Made by a program: the position numbers and the translations under genes. Below the pieces are notes generated by a model, which saw only the letters and a list, made by a program, of their open reading frames with translations, was not told the DNA's origin and did not search any database. From an uncultured Verrucomicrobiae bacterium (GTDB lineage: Bacteria > Verrucomicrobiota > Verrucomicrobiia > Limisphaerales > Palsa-1400), in NCBI GenBank assembly GCA_963702845.1, contig OY969763.1, positions 4,416,001-4,480,000 of the forward strand: DNA of 64,000 nt. The letters run 5' to 3'. Below, piece by piece: positions 59,987 to 64,000 of the stretch. The first letter of the stretch is position 1; every line of letters starts with the position of its first letter.

Positions 59987-61069
59987 TTATCCGGCGCGAA
60001 GCTGTTCCAACACGTGCGCGACAGTGGCGGTGCGGTTCTGCGTTCCGAAATGGGCAAGGATACGTTCGACGTGTTTGCGCGTCGTTCCTTCGCGAGTGCC
60101 GAGCAACAGGGCAATTTCCGCATTCGTCTTGCCGTGGACCAGCCAGTAAAGGACTTCGGTTTCGCGAGGGGTCAGACCGAAACGTTTGAAGACTTCGACC
60201 GAAATCGTTGCGGTGCTTTCGGTGAGGACGAGCATCGCCGGATTAATCGGGTGCAAAACCAGGCGGATGGTCAATTGTTGTTCGGCGCAACTGACTTTGA
60301 GCGGCTGAACGGGCGATCCAACCAGCAGCCGCTCGGCGATTTTCTTCAACTGCTCGCGCATCCAGCGCGACACGTTTTCGGGTAGCGACGCACGATTGCG
60401 CCAACCGCCACAATACTTTGCCAATTGTTTGGCGGCCAATGGGCTCATCCCTTTCAGCCGATGGTCGCGAGTCAAAAACACAATGCCTTGGCCAGCGACT
60501 TCGCTCGCGTGATTCAATGAAACATTTTCGCCGGACACCTCGGCGAAGGCGCGGACGTTTTTAATCGCGGCAGAATAGTGCTGGCTCAGATGGCGTAAAA
60601 CCTCTTCATCGCGAACGGTGAAATCGCCCGCGTGGCGATGCACCACAAATCCGATGTGCGACGCGTTCGAATCTGGAACAATCCCGGCAAACTGGTAACG
60701 CAATCCGAGCGGGCGGTGAAAAGCGTTGAATAGGTCGGTCCGTTCGAATCGGCGCTGGCTCATTCGCGAAGTCAATGGGCCGAACAGGCTACCTTCGGTG
60801 TATCCAGGAACAAATTCAGGAATTCTCCCAGATAGTTCGAGGAACATAGGCGCGAGTTTCACCACGTCAGTCCGGTACGGAAAAACGATTGGGCGGGTGA
60901 CCTCGAATTTCTGCGTATCGAGTTCCCCGGTCATGAGCAGGTCCGCGGAAATCAAATCCTTGGCGACCTTCATCCACGCCCAGGCGAGGTCGAAAATCGT
61001 GCGTTGAGAGTAGATAGCGGGTAACGCTGAGGAGATCCCAGCCCAGTCGGTATGTGATAAACGTTTCAT
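59987..61069 (-). CDS. LuxR-family HTH regulator with GAF-like sensor domain
   Basis: GLTPRETEVLYWLVHGKTNAEIALLLG..TTRKHVERI. Confidence 0.88.
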   Translation of the reverse strand: MKRLSHTDWAGISSALPAIYSQRTIFDLAWAWMKVAKDLISADLLMTGELDTQKFEVTRPIVFPYRTDVVKLAPMFLELSGRIPEFVPGYTEGSLFGPLTSRMSQRRFERTDLFNAFHRPLGLRYQFAGIVPDSNASHIGFVVHRHAGDFTVRDEEVLRHLSQHYSAAIKNVRAFAEVSGENVSLNHASEVAGQGIVFLTRDHRLKGMSPLAAKQLAKYCGGWRNRASLPENVSRWMREQLKKIAERLLVGSPVQPLKVSCAEQQLTIRLVLHPINPAMLVLTESTATISVEVFKRFGLTPRETEVLYWLVHGKTNAEIALLLGTREGTTRKHVERILAHFGTQNRTATVAHVLEQLRAG

Positions 61070-61382
61070 CGCGTAATTACGACCTAACAGTTCACGGTTG
61101 TTCCCAAGTCACACCGGTTCTGGGCAAAAACGGCATGACTTACTTCTAAAGGAAACGACGTTGGAGTTTTTATCAGAGCGGCGGCGCGTACGCAACTCTG
61201 CGTACAGACAGAATCTAGCATGACAACATAACATCCGTGCGTTGGTTGTCTTCCGTCTGGTAAGTTGAGTGCGTTCGCGTCTGTAACCCGGTGCTGTCGT
61301 TTGGTGCGTTTCTGCCAGTGCCGCGGTTTGTTTAGCGCGCTCAAATCGGGTGGGATTGCAGAACCGGAAGCAACTGACTTTC

Positions 61383-61413
61383 CAGCAGAGCTGGGGCGCT
61401 CTGCTGGTTTTTT
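61383..61413 (+). terminator. Intrinsic terminator with no upstream + strand gene
   Basis: CCAGCAGAGC-TGGGGC-GCTCTGCTGG followed by T6. Confidence 0.7.
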
Positions 61414-61553
61414 CGTCACGACGTTCCATGGATCACTTCTTATCATCTTCTTCGCTTTTACCTTGTCCTGTGCCGCTCATATGGTTTAGACGACGTGTAT
61501 GTTTTCCAAACGCGTGACGTTTCAACTGCTGCACTTCGCAGTAAACAAAAATC

Positions 61554-62024
61554 GTGGTTAAGAAAAATCAGCTTCCAATCGATGCCCCCAGCCGGAGGCG
61601 AATGCCGATCCTGCTCCGTCACGCATGGTATGGTTTGAACCAAGCCTTTCGCCGTCGCATCGCATCCATTGGCGTCACACCCGATCAATTCACCGTTCTG
61701 CGCACAATGCTGGAACACGAAAAGGCTGGCCTGACACAAAGCGAACTCACCCGCGAAATCGCCAGCGATCCCAACACTATTGCCTCGCTTGTGCTACGCA
61801 TGGAACGCGCTGGATGGATCCATCGCGCCCGCCATGAACGCGATCGCCGTGCTTACCATTTAAAAATTACCGCTATCGGCCGCACGAAATATAAACATGC
61901 GCGCAAAATCGCCGTTGGCTTGCAGGAAGAACTCCTATCCGATTGGCCTGAAAAGAAGCGCGAAGAATTCCTCACCAACCTCGCCCAAATCGCCGACCGC
62001 TGCCGCGCCGTCGCGAAACGCTAG
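61554..62024 (+). CDS. MarR family regulator
   Basis: GVTPDQFTVL..LTQSEL..LVLRMERAGWI.R..DRRAYHLKITAIG. Confidence 0.9.
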   Translation: MVKKNQLPIDAPSRRRMPILLRHAWYGLNQAFRRRIASIGVTPDQFTVLRTMLEHEKAGLTQSELTREIASDPNTIASLVLRMERAGWIHRARHERDRRAYHLKITAIGRTKYKHARKIAVGLQEELLSDWPEKKREEFLTNLAQIADRCRAVAKR

Positions 62025-62099
62025 GAAAGTCCTTTCACCTTGACAGACTCGTCCGGTGGCGTTGGTATAGCTGCTTCAGCCACAAATACCTTGCGCATT

Positions 62100-64000
62100 A
62101 TGAAAACGGGCTTGGCCTTTCGGTTCCACCTTTTGAGCTCAACAGTTCTGATTGTGGCCTTACTTTTCGTCGGCGAGCCAGTGGCCGTGAACGCTCAAAC
62201 TCGGCTTTACGACACTAACCTTATCGTCGTCCGCGTCGGCAACGGAGTCCAAACGCTCAGCACCGGCGGCAACCCAGTTTTTCTCGATCAATTCACCCCC
62301 TCAGGCTCCTACGTCAGCAGCGTTGCGATTCCGGACACCGGGCCTTCAGCCGTCGTGCTTTCCGGCAACACCTTTGTGGATGGTTTCCTGAGCCGCTCCG
62401 CCGATCGCCGCCTCCTCACGCTCGCTGTTTACGCCACAAACTCCCAAAGTGGAGTTAACATCACAAGCAACACCAACGTCCCCCGCTCGGTCATCAGCAT
62501 CGATGCCTTGGGCAACATCATCCACCCGGCTCTCATTAGCACCGACTTCACGGCCACCTGGCGCTCCGCCGTCACCGACGGCAACAACAATTACTGGGGC
62601 ACCGGTTCCTCTGGCGGTGTTGTCTACATGGGAAACGCTTTACCGCACGCCATCATTGAAAACTCCAAACCCAATTGCCGTGTTCTCGAAATCTTCAACG
62701 GCAGTTTATATATGGGCACCGGCTCGACCAATGCCGACGGCAACACTGGCATTTATAAGTTCAACGGACTGCCTACCAGCAGCACCGGATTGCCCGCCCC
62801 CGCCGTGTTCACCAACACCTTCGATCTGCCCAACGTCAGGGGCATCCTGGATTTTGCCGTCAACCCGTTCAACACCATCATTTACTTCGCCGATAACCGC
62901 ACTTACACGTCGCTCGGAGGCGGCATCCAAAGATGGGACTACGACAACGTGCACAGCATTTGGATCAATACCTACCACCTCACCAACGGTCTTGCCGTCG
63001 ACGCACCGCAAAACATCGCCGTCGACTGGAGCGGCCCCGCGCCAGTCATTTTCGCGACCACCATTGGCAACACCGCCAGCGACCAAACCAGCCTTATCAA
63101 AGTCACCGATAACGGCCCCGCATCTCCGTTCACCATTCTTGCGACAAGCGGCACGAGCCAAGTTTTTCGTGGGGTGAAGTTCGGTCCGACGTTGTCGTCG
63201 CCGCTGATAATCGATCAGCCGGTAAATCAATTCAGCGCCGTCGGAGGAAATCCCACGTTTACCGTCAATGTCGCGGGCGCAACTCCGCTCACGTACCAGT
63301 GGCGATTCAACGGCACTAATCTCGGTTTCGCCACCAATAGTTCGCTCATAGTAACGAATGCCCAGCTAACAAATGCAGGCAGTTATCAAGTTATCATCAC
63401 CAACGCTTCCGGCTCTGCCACCAGCCAGACCGCAACACTCACGATCGTCACAAACGCTCCAATAATCACGAGCCTCACCAGCAACGTATTGGCCGAAACC
63501 GGAACCACCGCTGTTCTTTCCGTCATCGTCTCCTCCAGCGGCTCGACTACTTACCAGTGGCAGTTCGGCAACGCTCCGATCAGCGGCGCGACAAATTCGG
63601 CACTGAACATTGCTAACGCGCAATTCGGAAACGCCGGAACCTACTTCGTTCAAGTAGTAAATCAATATGGACTGACATTGAGCCCGCCGGCCACACTCAC
63701 TATGTTCACCGCGCCAACCGACACGAACGTGTTCGTCGGAAGCAACGTCACGTTTTCAATTCAAGTAGTCGGCCCGGCCTCGCCAACGTTTCAATGGCGT
63801 TTTGATGGCCAGGATATTCCGCAGGCAACCGATACTTCCGTTACGATCGTCAACCCGCAAACCACAAACGCCGGTTACTATTCGGTGGTGTGTTCCGTGC
63901 CGGGAATGACCACGCTCAGTTCGGGTGGATTTCTTTCCGTCACCGCCAATCCCACGTCGAATCCGACCGGAGCCATCCCCGCACCATTCGGCTTAATTAA
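62100..64000 (+). CDS. Large secreted protein with immunoglobulin-like domains; runs off the window end, absent from the ORF track
   Basis: MKTGLAFRFHLL.. signal; NLIVVRVGNG..VFLDQF; Ig repeats PLTYQWRFNG..NAGSYQV..NASGSATS; the same frame is open at the window end. Confidence 0.85.
   Translation, partial: MKTGLAFRFHLLSSTVLIVALLFVGEPVAVNAQTRLYDTNLIVVRVGNGVQTLSTGGNPVFLDQFTPSGSYVSSVAIPDTGPSAVVLSGNTFVDGFLSRSADRRLLTLAVYATNSQSGVNITSNTNVPRSVISIDALGNIIHPALISTDFTATWRSAVTDGNNNYWGTGSSGGVVYMGNALPHAIIENSKPNCRVLEIFNGSLYMGTGSTNADGNTGIYKFNGLPTSSTGLPAPAVFTNTFDLPNVRGILDFAVNPFNTIIYFADNRTYTSLGGGIQRWDYDNVHSIWINTYHLTNGLAVDAPQNIAVDWSGPAPVIFATTIGNTASDQTSLIKVTDNGPASPFTILATSGTSQVFRGVKFGPTLSSPLIIDQPVNQFSAVGGNPTFTVNVAGATPLTYQWRFNGTNLGFATNSSLIVTNAQLTNAGSYQVIITNASGSATSQTATLTIVTNAPIITSLTSNVLAETGTTAVLSVIVSSSGSTTYQWQFGNAPISGATNSALNIANAQFGNAGTYFVQVVNQYGLTLSPPATLTMFTAPTDTNVFVGSNVTFSIQVVGPASPTFQWRFDGQDIPQATDTSVTIVNPQTTNAGYYSVVCSVPGMTTLSSGGFLSVTANPTSNPTGAIPAPFGLI

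Noticed and set aside
62449..63177. 242-aa Ser/Thr/Pro-rich ORF
   Set aside because: Off-frame overlap with the real gene that starts at 62100

Overview
This window looks like chromosomal DNA of a Verrucomicrobiota bacterium, probably Pedosphaerales-like. That is inferred from a PVC-type small basic protein, a prepilin H-X9-DG-like protein, several PQQ-type propellers and Ig-domain exoproteins. Most of it is housekeeping or typical PVC content: class II RNR nrdJ, glyS, tyrS, leuD, truB, ribF, tRNA-Gly(GCC), a MoxR-DUF58-Bat operon, a P1B ATPase, a PilC/GspF protein, a MacAB-like pair and an SSF transporter with PQQ propellers. There is also a SAM-I riboswitch controlling a ThrC-like/sulfur-carrier/NIL operon. 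The unusual part is an accessory patch of about 6.2 kb (17.24-23.49 kb) with no integrase or transposase. It carries a YD-like exoprotein, a gene fragment, a pentapeptide protein, a PD-(D/E)XK nuclease, an Apea-like HEPN protein and an orphan. Two of these cargo units are bracketed by direct repeats from two different non-coding families. One family is a sigma70 promoter, palindrome, hairpins and boxA module followed by helically phased ~10-bp repeats; a third, diverged example sits at positions 1-172. Four otherwise intact genes carry single-base indels, most likely assembly errors.
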